DNA of 64,000 nt from Polyangiaceae bacterium (GTDB lineage: Bacteria > Myxococcota_A > Polyangia > Polyangiales > Polyangiaceae): positions 19,097 to 83,096 of the forward strand of contig JBNKBE010000025.1 in assembly GCA_050287085.1 (NCBI GenBank). Direction: 5' to 3'. The notes under the pieces are model-generated. The model was not told the origin of the DNA. It did no database searches and saw nothing but the letters and a program-made list of their open reading frames with translations. Position numbers and translations under genes: made by a program. How positions within the stretch are numbered: the first letter of the stretch is position 1; each line of letters opens with the position of its first letter. This document shows, piece after piece, positions 19,665 to 29,803 of this stretch.

Positions 19665-20213
19665 TCAAGTCCCCAAACGACACGGCCCAGCCCACTTGCC
19701 ACCTGCGCTTCCAGGGCGGCAGCGAATCTGCTGACCCTGTAACTGGGAAAGGTATTTGGTGTACGGCCGGCCTGTGATGGGGTCAACCGCTGCCGGCGCA
19801 ACGTCTAGCAGTGGACGCAGCGCAAAAGCCCTTTGCGTCAAGCGCGGGTGAGGCACTCGCACCAACGCCTTGAAAGAAACGGTCCGAGCCGCCCACAAGA
19901 GATCCAGATCGAGAACCCTCGGGCCAAAGCGAACGCCACGCCGGCGCCCAAGAACGCGCTCGACTTCGAGCAGGCGAGCCAACAACTGCTCTGGACCACC
20001 GTCGTACTCAACGAGTGCTGCGGCATTAACAAAAGCCGGTTGGGCAGGTCCTCCGATCGGAGCGGAGTCATACAGCGCAGACGCACGATTCAGGCGAGCG
20101 AAGGTCGCCAATCTGGCGCACGCTGCGGCAAATGTGCGCTCTGGAACGCCAAGATTGGCGCCAAGCCCAACGACCGCAACAAGCCGCTGGGGTGAACCAC
20201 CGAGAGAGTCCAT
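19665..20213 (-). CDS. folK: 2-amino-4-hydroxy-6-hydroxymethyldihydropteridine diphosphokinase
   Basis: LGANLG, FVNAA, E..LGR.R, GPR.LDLDLL, PHPRL..RAF.L.PL. Confidence 0.95.
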   Translation of the reverse strand: MDSLGGSPQRLVAVVGLGANLGVPERTFAAACARLATFARLNRASALYDSAPIGGPAQPAFVNAAALVEYDGGPEQLLARLLEVERVLGRRRGVRFGPRVLDLDLLWAARTVSFKALVRVPHPRLTQRAFALRPLLDVAPAAVDPITGRPYTKYLSQLQGQQIRCRPGSAGGKWAGPCRLGT

Positions 20214-20485
20214 AACGGGATCGCGACGGGTGAGCCTTGTGCTATTGGGCTCTCGTGCTGGGTCTAAACTCCACTGAACTTTTTTTGGTCGGATTCATTG
20301 GGTTGAGCATCGTGGGAGCGCCTTATAGCGGAAGGGCGCTGGAGTGGCTGATAATGCGACTCCGAGACGTTCACACGGCCAGCGGGAAGTCGCGGGATTG
20401 ACAGGGCCGTGGAGCGCGGTGGGAGTATGAAGCGAAACCCAAGTTCGGCGGGTCGACTCGAACAGACGCAGCTGGAGCGTGAACC

Positions 20486-22855
20486 GTGAAGGCTCTGGTC
20501 GCGGCCCACTGCAGTCGCTCGTTGAAGCAAGCGCTTCAGATGCAGGATCGCGATGCCCTGCTCGGCTGGATCGAGCTGAGCACCGTCGTCGAGCGCGCCG
20601 AGCCCGCTGACGCGATATTGGTGGAAGTAGCTCAAGCCGCCCCCGAGCTCGTCGCCGCAGCCCAAGACGCCCCCGCCCTCTTCGCCACTCCCTGGGTGCT
20701 GCTCGACCGCCCCGACGTACCCCTCGACCCTCGTCGGCCGCATCACATCCTCCCACCAGATGCCGGCCCCAAAGCGGTCTTCACTGAACTGCTCGCTGTG
20801 TTGGGGCTCGCTCCTAACGACAGCACGCAAGCGGCATCAGCCCCCCCCCGCGCCGCCTTGCGGTCGCGGCCTGCACCCTTGCTTCCCGAAACCCGATCGG
20901 TCAGCACTGCCACAGCCGATGCGGGCGCCCGCAGGCCCACTCTTCCAGCCGCCCTGCAGGGCACCCCGGGCCTTGATCTCACAGGTCGCAACTCTCAGCT
21001 GAGCCCGGCATTGCGGAAGCTATTGCACGCGGCCGAAGAGGAAATCGCAAATGCAGAAACGCCCGGCAGCCTGCGCCCCACCCCACCTGCGCCGCAACCG
21101 AAACCATTCGCGCTGACGCCCGAGGTGGCAGAAGCATTGGCCCTTGCGATCGACCGTCACGACAACGTCGCTCCCGACGCGAGCGACAACGCGCTGAAGT
21201 CGAGCCCCCCCTCCGCACCCGCTCCCGCGTTCAGCGACCTGAAACGCGAAGAGCCGGCGTCGGCCGTTCCGCTACCCACAAGCGAGGCGGCGACACATAC
21301 GTCGGCGCCGCCCCAGGTCGACTCGTTGGAGCAAAGCCGGGTAGCCCTGACCGCACGACCTCCAGCCGCCACGCAGCCTGGCCGCTTCGATGCCTCCGAG
21401 ACCCGTCCCGCGGCCAATAGCGCCCCATCCGAGCCGGTTCTGCGAGACACAACGGGCATCGAATCACGACCCACGCGGCCGCCGCGCGCCGGGGGGCGGA
21501 GAATCTCGACTCAGTCCGATGAACCCGGCTCCGACAGCGGAGAGCTCATTACCGCCCGCCCCCCGCCTTCACCTTCGGGTGCCGAAACGTTTGGCGTGCC
21601 TCGCGCGCCGTCCTTGCCAGCCGAACTGCGAGCGGCCGCCGAGCAGGCTAGCCGCGTCTTGGACGAAACAACCGCTACTGGGTTATCGCTGCCCGAAGCG
21701 GACCTTGACGAACCCGCGCGAGCGACTCAAACCGACTCACCCACCAGCGTCAGCGACGAGGCGCGCATCACGCGCCTCGTCGGACAGGGTGGCGACACGC
21801 AAGCAGCTAGCGGCGAAGGCCTGTCGCTGCACGACGATGTGGGCTTATCGACGCTCGGGCGCGCCATTCGAAGCCGCCAGACGGGCATGCTCGAATACGA
21901 GAGCGCGGGAATCGTAAGGCGAATCGTCCTACGCGAAGGTGACTTCGTCACGGCCGTATCAAGTGCACACGAGGAGTCGCTCGTCGCCTTCCTCGTCGCA
22001 CACGCGCAGCTTGACGAACGCGCCGCCGAGCCTCTGAGCCACCGCCTCCCCAGCTTTGGTCGACATGCAGGCGCGGCACTGATAGCCGGGGGCTACTTGG
22101 CGCAGAAAGAACTGTGGCCGACGCTGCGCCGTCACGCAGAGTTCATCGTTCTCGAAGTTCTGCGTTTGACCGAAGGCGTCGTCGCTTTCGAGCACAATGT
22201 CCCAGAACGACTCGGCGCAGAACCTTCCGTCTTCGGAGGTGACACGGGTTCGGAGGTCTTCGTCGAGCTGCTCAAGCGCCTTCTGCCGCCGATGGAGGCG
22301 ATGGCGCGACTTGGCGGTGACAACACCCAACTGGGTACTGGCTCGAGCATAGCGCTGCTAGACGAATGTGGGCTCTCGGCCGAGGAAGCGGATGCAGTTC
22401 ACTTCACGACGAGCACAACGGTTGGACAGTCAACGAGCGTTTGCCAGATTCCTGCGCTCCCGTGCACGTTGTACGCACTGGTGTTACTGGGCGTGCTCGA
22501 AACCGTCAGGCCCGCGGCGCTAGTTCCCGACCTGGTGTTGGATAGCGACCAGCAGATGGACTTAGACGCTCTGCGCCGAAGCATTGCCCTTCGGCGCCGG
22601 CTCGTGGATGACGCTGACTACTTCACGCTGCTCGGCGTTCCACGCGACGTGACGAGCTATGATCTCCATCGCGCCTACCAGGAGCTACGGCAAGACCTAG
22701 ATCCCGGGCGCGCGCTCACGGTCGGAACTCTGGATCTGAAAGACGACCTGCAGCTCATCCACGAGGTACTGAATGAGGCCTACGAGGTGTTGTCCGACGC
22801 CACGAAGCGCAACCGCTACCGGCGCGCGCTTGAGTCGGCACCCCTGGCGCCATGA
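20486..22855 (+). CDS. multidomain protein: Pro-rich linker, DUF4388-like domain, C-terminal J-like domain lacking HPD
   Basis: TG.LE…R.I.LREG..V.A.S (DUF4388-like); DYF.LLGV…AY and EAYEVLSD..KR..Y (J-domain helices). Confidence 0.8.
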   Translation: MKALVAAHCSRSLKQALQMQDRDALLGWIELSTVVERAEPADAILVEVAQAAPELVAAAQDAPALFATPWVLLDRPDVPLDPRRPHHILPPDAGPKAVFTELLAVLGLAPNDSTQAASAPPRAALRSRPAPLLPETRSVSTATADAGARRPTLPAALQGTPGLDLTGRNSQLSPALRKLLHAAEEEIANAETPGSLRPTPPAPQPKPFALTPEVAEALALAIDRHDNVAPDASDNALKSSPPSAPAPAFSDLKREEPASAVPLPTSEAATHTSAPPQVDSLEQSRVALTARPPAATQPGRFDASETRPAANSAPSEPVLRDTTGIESRPTRPPRAGGRRISTQSDEPGSDSGELITARPPPSPSGAETFGVPRAPSLPAELRAAAEQASRVLDETTATGLSLPEADLDEPARATQTDSPTSVSDEARITRLVGQGGDTQAASGEGLSLHDDVGLSTLGRAIRSRQTGMLEYESAGIVRRIVLREGDFVTAVSSAHEESLVAFLVAHAQLDERAAEPLSHRLPSFGRHAGAALIAGGYLAQKELWPTLRRHAEFIVLEVLRLTEGVVAFEHNVPERLGAEPSVFGGDTGSEVFVELLKRLLPPMEAMARLGGDNTQLGTGSSIALLDECGLSAEEADAVHFTTSTTVGQSTSVCQIPALPCTLYALVLLGVLETVRPAALVPDLVLDSDQQMDLDALRRSIALRRRLVDDADYFTLLGVPRDVTSYDLHRAYQELRQDLDPGRALTVGTLDLKDDLQLIHEVLNEAYEVLSDATKRNRYRRALESAPLAP

Positions 22856-22865
22856 AGCGGCACCC

Positions 22866-22880
22866 CGGACCTAGGGTCCG
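22866..22880. terminator. short hairpin between convergent genes
   Basis: CGGACC-tag-GGTCCG between the stops at 22855 and 22909. Confidence 0.3.
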
Positions 22881-22908
22881 CGGACGGGACGAGACAAGAG
22901 CCCCAGGC

Positions 22909-23565
22909 TCAACGCCCGCGCAACGGTCCTAGTTGCTCGAGAACCTGCGACCAAGCGAGCTCTCGACTCTCACCCGGCCCGAGCGCGTCCAGCGACCAGG
23001 GACCGATTGCAGCGCGCACCAATCTCAGAGTCGGAAAGCCGACAGCGGCTGTCATGCGTCGGACCTGGCGATTTCGTCCTTCGTACAAGGTCAGAGCGAT
23101 CCAACTAGTTGGAGAATTCTTGCGAATCCGGATAGGCGGCTCCCGTTGCCATAGGTCCGGTTCGACAATGACTGTAACGTCTGCGGGTTGGGTCGGACCG
23201 TCGCGAAGCAGCACCCCGGAACCAAGCGCCGCCGTCGCTTCCGGTGTGATCTCCCCTTCGAGCTGTACCCAATACGTCTTACCCAGCTTGCGCCGAGGTT
23301 CGGCAATGCGCGCCTGAAGAGCTCCCACATTGGTCAATGCAATTAGACCCTCGCTATCGGTATCGAGTCTGCCCGCGGGGTATACCCCAGCCTTTGGGAC
23401 GAAGTCCTTCAACGTTGGCTTACCGCTGCCGTCGGCACTAAATTGGCACAGCACCCCGTAAGGCTTGTTCAACAGGATCAAGCACGGCTCGGTCGGTGCT
23501 GCTTTGGAAGGTTGTGAAACCCAGCGCCGACCTCGATCGAACCCCTGACTCCGAGGGCGCTTCAC
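22909..23565 (-). CDS. rluE: RsuA/RluE-family pseudouridine synthase
   Basis: [48 protein letters not shown]; no S4 domain. Confidence 0.9.
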   Translation of the reverse strand: MKRPRSQGFDRGRRWVSQPSKAAPTEPCLILLNKPYGVLCQFSADGSGKPTLKDFVPKAGVYPAGRLDTDSEGLIALTNVGALQARIAEPRRKLGKTYWVQLEGEITPEATAALGSGVLLRDGPTQPADVTVIVEPDLWQREPPIRIRKNSPTSWIALTLYEGRNRQVRRMTAAVGFPTLRLVRAAIGPWSLDALGPGESRELAWSQVLEQLGPLRGR

Positions 23566-23569
23566 GCAA

Positions 23570-26014
23570 CTAGTCTTCCGCGGCCACGTTGCCGGCGCTG
23601 GGCACAAGTACTATCTTTCCGTCGCGGACAAGAACGCGAAGCTCGCCGCCAGGTTCACAGTCGCCGCGCAACAGAACCTCCGCCAACGGTGCTTCTACGA
23701 GGCGCGCAATTGCCCGCCGCATCGGCCTGGCACCGAGACTTGCGTCAAAGCCGCCAGAAGCGATCAGCTGTTCTGGGATTGTCACGTCGAAGGCGAGCTC
23801 AATGCCGTGCTGCTCGGCCACCGTGCCAGCCAAGCGGCGCAGCATGCGACGCGCGATCTCCTCAACGGTGGACCGGTGCAGGGCTTCGAAGACCAGCACT
23901 TCGTCGAGACGATTGAAGAACTCGGGGGCCAATGCCGCTTTCGCCGCGGCCAGGACCCGTTGCTCCACCCCACCGCCGCGATCCTCCGGAGTCGCAAATC
24001 CCATCGCTCGCGCACCTCCGCCCGTTGCCTCACGGGCTCCAATGTTCGACGTCAAAAAGAGGATGGTGTTGGTGAAGTCGACCGTTCTGCCACGACCGTC
24101 ACTCAGGCGCCCCTCGTCCAAAAGCGGGAGAAAGGTCTCCAACACCTCGGGGTGCGCCTTTTCGATCTCGTCAAGCAGAACGACTTGATAGGGGCGGCGC
24201 CGAACAGCCTCGGTCAACTGCCCCCCCGCCTCATGCCCGATATAGCCCGGAGGCGCGCCGATCAACCTCGCTACGGCGTGAGCCTCGCTGAACTCTGAGA
24301 GATCCAAGCGGGTCATAGCCCGCGCGGAACCAAAGAGCGCGGTGGCCACCGCCTTGGCCGTCTCGGTCTTGCCGACCCCTGTGGGCCCCAGCAAGAGGAA
24401 CGTCCCGATCGGACGAGCGCCCCCAAGGCCCGCCGCATTGCGTCGAATGATACTTGCGATTCGTTTGAGATGGGACTCATGCCCCACGACGCCCTCCCGG
24501 AGCGTGTCCTCCAACCTCAGCATCCGCTCGCCGTCGGTTTCCAGCAGCCGCTCGATCGGCACGTCCCCCTGCTCAGCCACGACTTCAGCGACGTGTTTGG
24601 ATTCAACCGGCGATACCCCTCGACGCCGACAGCGAGCGCTAGCCAAATCGAGCACCGCAATCGCTTTGTCTGGCAGTGCGCGCCCAGGTAGATAGCGGGC
24701 GGTCCAATCTACACTCGCATCACAGGCCGCCGAATCGATCGGGGTCCTGTGAAAGTCTGCGATGCGCTGAGCCTGGAGGCGCACGATCTGCGATGCCTCA
24801 GGCTTGGGTGGCTCCGGAACGTCGATGCGGCAGAACCCTCGAGCCAGCCCCGCATCGGTCTCGATCCACTGCTGCCAGGCCGCAGGGGATAAGGTGGTGA
24901 GGTAGCTAACGCCAGGGTCACCGGCGGCGCGCCGAAGTTCACCCAACACCTCTTCACCCCCTCCGGCCGCCAATAGCTGGTGAACGTCGTCAATGAAGAG
25001 CACGACACGTCCGTCATAGGACTGGGCTTCCTGGGCCAACTCGAGCAGACGCTGGGACAAGTCGCCGCGGCTGCCCCCACCCGCGAGCAGGGCCGAAACC
25101 GAGAGCTCAATGATCAACGCGTCGTCGAGCGCCCGCGGCTCGGCAGCAGCCGCTATGCGGCGAGCGAGACCGTAGACCAGGGTGGTCTTGCCGACGCCCG
25201 AGAGACCGACGAGACAGGGGCTATTGCCTTCGCGCTTGGCCAGAACGTCTAATACGTCGTCCAGCAGGCTCTCACGCCCGACGACCTCGGGCAGTTCCCC
25301 TCGACTTGCAAGCTCGGTGAGGTTGCGTCCCCATCGGGTGAGCGCCTTGAATCTCTTGCGGTCGAGCGTGAAGCGCGCAGTCGACGAAACCTCCGTCTTC
25401 TTCCCCCGCGGCCCGCGCCTCAACGCTTCGGGAGCGTTTGGTCCCGGCACAGGACGAGCCGTGGAACGCTTGGGACGTGCTGGCGATGCTTGCGACTCAG
25501 CGGCGAGCTTCACGGGGAGGCGCGCCTTGGACAGCTTGGTCAAGGGCACGGTTACGGCTTTGGGCCGTTCCAATGCCGCCGGCTTGCGCGTCTGAATGCT
25601 CTGACGACCGACGAGGAGTAGTGCGGCGTTCATGGCCGCGACTCGCAGCCGGCCAACATCCACCCCGAACTGCTCCAGGGTTCGATAGGCGGCAGAGCGG
25701 CGCTGCCCTACCAGCGCGATCAGGAGGTGAACGTCGTTGACGTCGGGAGCACGCATGGTCGCGGCCACCTCGGCCGCCCGGCGCTCAGCAGCAGCCACCG
25801 CCACCTCGTCGTCCTCGATGATAACCCTAGCGGCCTTGCCCAGCTGCTCTGGCTCCATCCGTCGGTCGCGTAGCAGTTCCCAGGCGACACCCCCCGTTTG
25901 TGCCATGGCGACCAGTAGATGAGTTGTCGAGAGCCGCTCCCGTCGCTCAGCCGCGACGCGATCGGCAAGCCGACAAACCGACTCAAGCTTGTGTACTTGT
26001 TGGCGAGGTTTCAT
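23570..26014 (-). CDS. ClpA/ClpC-like ATP-dependent Clp protease ATP-binding subunit (degenerate NBD1)
   Basis: Two Clp_N repeats, GVGKT in both NBDs, [20 protein letters not shown] loop, GARP. Confidence 0.92.
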   Translation of the reverse strand: MKPRQQVHKLESVCRLADRVAAERRERLSTTHLLVAMAQTGGVAWELLRDRRMEPEQLGKAARVIIEDDEVAVAAAERRAAEVAATMRAPDVNDVHLLIALVGQRRSAAYRTLEQFGVDVGRLRVAAMNAALLLVGRQSIQTRKPAALERPKAVTVPLTKLSKARLPVKLAAESQASPARPKRSTARPVPGPNAPEALRRGPRGKKTEVSSTARFTLDRKRFKALTRWGRNLTELASRGELPEVVGRESLLDDVLDVLAKREGNSPCLVGLSGVGKTTLVYGLARRIAAAAEPRALDDALIIELSVSALLAGGGSRGDLSQRLLELAQEAQSYDGRVVLFIDDVHQLLAAGGGEEVLGELRRAAGDPGVSYLTTLSPAAWQQWIETDAGLARGFCRIDVPEPPKPEASQIVRLQAQRIADFHRTPIDSAACDASVDWTARYLPGRALPDKAIAVLDLASARCRRRGVSPVESKHVAEVVAEQGDVPIERLLETDGERMLRLEDTLREGVVGHESHLKRIASIIRRNAAGLGGARPIGTFLLLGPTGVGKTETAKAVATALFGSARAMTRLDLSEFSEAHAVARLIGAPPGYIGHEAGGQLTEAVRRRPYQVVLLDEIEKAHPEVLETFLPLLDEGRLSDGRGRTVDFTNTILFLTSNIGAREATGGGARAMGFATPEDRGGGVEQRVLAAAKAALAPEFFNRLDEVLVFEALHRSTVEEIARRMLRRLAGTVAEQHGIELAFDVTIPEQLIASGGFDASLGARPMRRAIARLVEAPLAEVLLRGDCEPGGELRVLVRDGKIVLVPSAGNVAAED

Positions 26015-26124
26015 GACGATCGTGCGGGGCTGCCGGGGCCAGGGAGCCAAGTCTCCGGCGTCCCCTTGTCCCAACCCCCTCGGCCACGGCCAAATTTTCG
26101 GCGAAAAGCAGCCGGACCACGCTC

Positions 26125-27213
26125 CTAGGGCGCGCCGCTCCCATACGCCGTCATGCCAATACGCTCACCGTCCCACGACGCCACCTGTCGTTGTCCGGGC
26201 ACGAGACAATAGCTCGTCGACGCGGTCGCTCCGCCGTCGAAGTTAACGGTGTTCGCGCCCTGCCGCTCCAAGACGGTCCCGACGACGCCGCCGCTCGTGG
26301 CGACGATCGCGAGCGCGCGAGCGGCGTCCCCCTGCAGCTGCAGCGGAGCGCCCGCCAGCGTCCAAGATTGAACAACCTCCAAAGGCTCGAGCGTCATCAG
26401 CAAGACCCGCTCCGCACTTGCAACCCAAACCTGGCCGGGCCGTCCCGACGCAACAAGCCGCGCAGCGGGCACCCCTTCGTACCGCCACTGCCGCGTTCCA
26501 AAGCGACGAGCCCAACCCGACTCCACAGAATAGAGCCAGCTTCCGTCCGCGAGCTGTTCGAGCCACCGCCCGTCAAAGTCCGCAAGCGCTTGGTATTCTA
26601 CGTCGTAGTTCAGCCCCGCGCCGCTCCCCGAAAGCACGACTCGTTGCAGCGCTGTCTCGCGAACGTCCCACAGAAAGACAGCGCTCAGCACCTCTCGGTC
26701 GGCCCACAATTGGGTGGGACCCAGCAGGCTCACGCCGTCGAAAACCCACGGCTCTCGCTGGCCACCGTAAAGCCGGTACAGCCGGTGGCGACCGAGAAGC
26801 AGCGCGGTCCGGCCTACCGTAGGCACAACCGCCACACCGGGCTCTGCGAGCGAATACTCCGTGGAGCCGAGCCCCGACAGGCTCACCCAACGATAGCCAC
26901 GGTCGGTCAACGCGACCAACCAACGCCGGAAGCAGGCGAGACGTTGGGGTGGTGGCTTTGGCGGTTCAGGTCGCGTGGACGCATGCGAAGGCAAGACCCC
27001 TCGTCCGACCTCATTCGCTTCGGCGCCATGGTGCAAGCGTTCGGAGGACGGTGGAGGCATCTGACCTTCCGGCTCGTCTGAAACGCCTGGTGTCGGTGTC
27101 CCAGAACGACGACACGCGAGGCACAGCAGGGTCGCCGAAGCCAGCCACAGGACAGACCTCGCTCCCGCGCGAGCGCTCGAGGCAGAGGAGAACGGACTTG
27201 GGCGGGCACACAT
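26125..27213 (-). CDS. hypothetical lipoprotein
   Basis: LLCLAC lipobox-like signal, Pro-rich linker, Trp/beta-rich domain; start chosen at ATG 27213. Confidence 0.6.
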   Translation of the reverse strand: MCARPSPFSSASSARAGARSVLWLASATLLCLACRRSGTPTPGVSDEPEGQMPPPSSERLHHGAEANEVGRGVLPSHASTRPEPPKPPPQRLACFRRWLVALTDRGYRWVSLSGLGSTEYSLAEPGVAVVPTVGRTALLLGRHRLYRLYGGQREPWVFDGVSLLGPTQLWADREVLSAVFLWDVRETALQRVVLSGSGAGLNYDVEYQALADFDGRWLEQLADGSWLYSVESGWARRFGTRQWRYEGVPAARLVASGRPGQVWVASAERVLLMTLEPLEVVQSWTLAGAPLQLQGDAARALAIVATSGGVVGTVLERQGANTVNFDGGATASTSYCLVPGQRQVASWDGERIGMTAYGSGAP

Positions 27214-27333
27214 CGGGTTTCTCGGTAGCCGTAGCAAGCGCATTTGGCTATGAGCTGATTGATGCCTGCGCGGTACCCAGCCTGCAAGAAGCAAGCGCGA
27301 CCTGCGCTTGCCCAAGCCACTGATGCGAGGCGA

Positions 27334-27810
27334 GTGCCCCGCCCGCGCCTCGCGGCGCCGAGCCGCGTCTGGCGCCTGGTCTGCGCCGGTGTAGCCGCCG
27401 CTTGTCTGACAAGCTGCCAAGCATGGCAACGGATCGCCGAATGCCGGGAGCTCATCGCAAGCGCAAACGCGGGCCTCGAACAAATACGACTCGCAGAACA
27501 GGGACCCGCGCCCGAGCGCTATGCCGCCGTCGAGGGCGAATTGACCCGCTTGGCCAAGACGCTGGAAGAACTCCAGCTGAAGTCCGCGCCCTTGCGGACG
27601 CGGGCAGCCGAGACGAGCAAGAACTTCCTAGAAGCCGCCACACTATTACACAGCTACCACGCCGTGGTGCTGCAGCGGGCCGCGGTCATAGCCGAAGATG
27701 GCAATCTCAGCGCCCTCGATAGGTCCCTGCAGAACCTCGAACGCAAGCTGAAGCAAACCACCAGAACGCATGCAGCCGACGTGCGCAAGCTCAGGACCTT
27801 ATGCGAATGA
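27334..27810 (+). CDS. hypothetical helical lipoprotein
   Basis: CLTSC lipobox-like, coiled-coil character; stop overlaps next ATG; start uncertain (ORF from 27259). Confidence 0.6.
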   Translation: MPRPRLAAPSRVWRLVCAGVAAACLTSCQAWQRIAECRELIASANAGLEQIRLAEQGPAPERYAAVEGELTRLAKTLEELQLKSAPLRTRAAETSKNFLEAATLLHSYHAVVLQRAAVIAEDGNLSALDRSLQNLERKLKQTTRTHAADVRKLRTLCE

Positions 27811-28586
27811 AGAGGGCTGCGTCCGTCCCAGACAATAGGCAACCGGCCATGAAGACAGTAATACTTGGCGCAACCAGCGGCATGGGACGTGCGCTGGCTC
27901 GAGAACTGGTCGCCCAAGGCCACTCGCTGTTCCTGCTAGGGCGTCGAGCCGACGAGCTGGAGCGGAGCGTGGCCGATCTCAATATTCGGCGCGAGGGCAG
28001 CGCCCTGGGCTTCGCACACTGTGATCTCGAGGTGCCCGACACCTTTGAGCCCGCCATCAGCGCAGCCCAGTCGGCCCTCGAAGGATTCGATATCGCGATC
28101 ATCACGGCCGGCTTGTTCGCCACTCAAGAGCAACTCGAAAGCGACCTCGAACTGGCCAGACGCGTATTGACCGTCAACCACGCCCACACCGTATTGTTAT
28201 GCGAACGGCTCAAGACCGCCTTGCTCGCCAACAAGGGTGGTACACTGGTGGTATTCTCCTCCGTAGCGGGCGATCGCGGCCGCAAACCGGTGGGCCTCTA
28301 CGGGTCTTCGAAGGCTGGCCTCAGCCACTACCTCGAAAGCCTGGACCACAAGTATCGCAGTCAGGGGCTGGTCACCGTGTCGGTCAAGCCGGGTTTCGTC
28401 AAGACTGGGGCCACCGCGCAGTTGCGTCCGCCCCCGTTTGCCGGAACTCCCGAGGGAGTGGCACGGGACGTCGCGCGGGCCATCGAAAGAGGGCGGCCCC
28501 TGTTGTATACTCCATGGGTTTGGCGTTGGATCATGGCTCTGATCCGACGCCTGCCGCGCAGCGTCATGCGCCAGATCAATTTCTAG
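27807..28586 (+). CDS. short-chain dehydrogenase/reductase, DprE2-like
   Basis: ILGATSGMG, SSVAGDRGR, YGSSK (YxxxK), VKPGFV. Confidence 0.88.
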   Translation: MKRAASVPDNRQPAMKTVILGATSGMGRALARELVAQGHSLFLLGRRADELERSVADLNIRREGSALGFAHCDLEVPDTFEPAISAAQSALEGFDIAIITAGLFATQEQLESDLELARRVLTVNHAHTVLLCERLKTALLANKGGTLVVFSSVAGDRGRKPVGLYGSSKAGLSHYLESLDHKYRSQGLVTVSVKPGFVKTGATAQLRPPPFAGTPEGVARDVARAIERGRPLLYTPWVWRWIMALIRRLPRSVMRQINF

Positions 28587-28728
28587 CCTGGCGCGAACCG
28601 CTCTGAGGCGGCGCGAGGCACCTGCGTTCCTCGCGCCGCATGCGCTTGCCCCACGACGTAAAGGTTTGGGTCGCCTCGACCGTTGTAGAAACACGAGGGA
28701 CGCGACGGCGTCGCGCGCGAAGAAACCC

Positions 28729-29796
28729 GTGCAAGAACCCCGGCCAATCCTGCTCCACTTCGACACCCACGACGACCTCGTCGTCGCGTATTCGACCACG
28801 TTGGGGCACTTGCGCGTGCGCATCAAGACAGCCACCCCCCTGGAGGTGGGCGACGCCGTGGACATACGGATTCGAGTGGCCGAAGAAGACGACATTCTTC
28901 ACCTGCCGGCTCGGGTCGTGGAAGCGGCCGCGCAGCGAACGGCCAGCGGCCGGTACGTGGCTTGGGTCCACTACGAACCGGGCGCCTGCGAGACCCTCGA
29001 GGACTATATCGTTGCGCGCGATCCTTCCAGCACGCGCAACGTACCGGCGGTGCAGCTACGGGTCGTGATCGTAGACGACTCTGACATGGATCGGGAACGC
29101 AGCGCGGCGGCTTTCCGTGAGCGAGGGGACGAAGCGCTGCTCGCAACGGACGGCCTCGAGGGACTTGCCCTATGCCTTCGTTCGCGCCCCGATCTGATCA
29201 TCAGCGATGTGCAGATGCCGAAGGTCGACGGCTTCCAGCTGCTGCGCATGCTCAAGTCGCGCACAGCCCTAAAAGATACACCCGTCATCTTGGTCACAAC
29301 GCTGGCGAGCGTCGAAGACCGGCGGCTCGGATATCGCCTGGGCGTGGCCGACTACGTCACTAAGCCCTTCGCCCCGGAAGCCCTGCGCGAACGCGCCAAT
29401 CGAGTGCTCCACCGTTCCAATCAAGCCCTGGGGAGCTGGCGCCCGTCTTCCACCGAGACGCTGCAGGGGCGCCTGGCGGAGCTCAATCTTCCGTCGTTGT
29501 TGTCGTTCCTCGAACAGGAGCGCAAGACGGGGACTATCTACCTCGAGCATACGCGTGCCACGATCACCCTGCTCGCAGGCGCGCCGATCCGCGCCACCCA
29601 ACCGGGTCGCGCTTCGGACGACTCCCACGCCGCACTCATCTACGACCTCTTATCCAGCGAAGAAGGTCGCTTTGAATTCGTCGCCGGAAGCGTGGAAACA
29701 ACCGATATGGTGCAAGCCACCACCACCGCGCTGCTCATGGAATATGCTCGGCGCCAGGACGAGGCGGCTCGCGCTGCACGCGGGACGGCCAGCTAG
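28729..29796 (+). CDS. response regulator: PilZ-like N-terminus, receiver, DUF4388-like output
   Basis: IVDD, IISDVQMP..DG, T, KPF in the receiver; L.G.L….L.SLL.FLEQERKTG C-terminal; start uncertain. Confidence 0.85.
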   Translation: MQEPRPILLHFDTHDDLVVAYSTTLGHLRVRIKTATPLEVGDAVDIRIRVAEEDDILHLPARVVEAAAQRTASGRYVAWVHYEPGACETLEDYIVARDPSSTRNVPAVQLRVVIVDDSDMDRERSAAAFRERGDEALLATDGLEGLALCLRSRPDLIISDVQMPKVDGFQLLRMLKSRTALKDTPVILVTTLASVEDRRLGYRLGVADYVTKPFAPEALRERANRVLHRSNQALGSWRPSSTETLQGRLAELNLPSLLSFLEQERKTGTIYLEHTRATITLLAGAPIRATQPGRASDDSHAALIYDLLSSEEGRFEFVAGSVETTDMVQATTTALLMEYARRQDEAARAARGTAS

Positions 29797-29803
29797 AGAC
29801 GGC

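Noticed and set aside
20398..20431. TTGACA as the -35 element for the J-like gene
   Set aside because: No credible -10 element at 16-18 bp spacing
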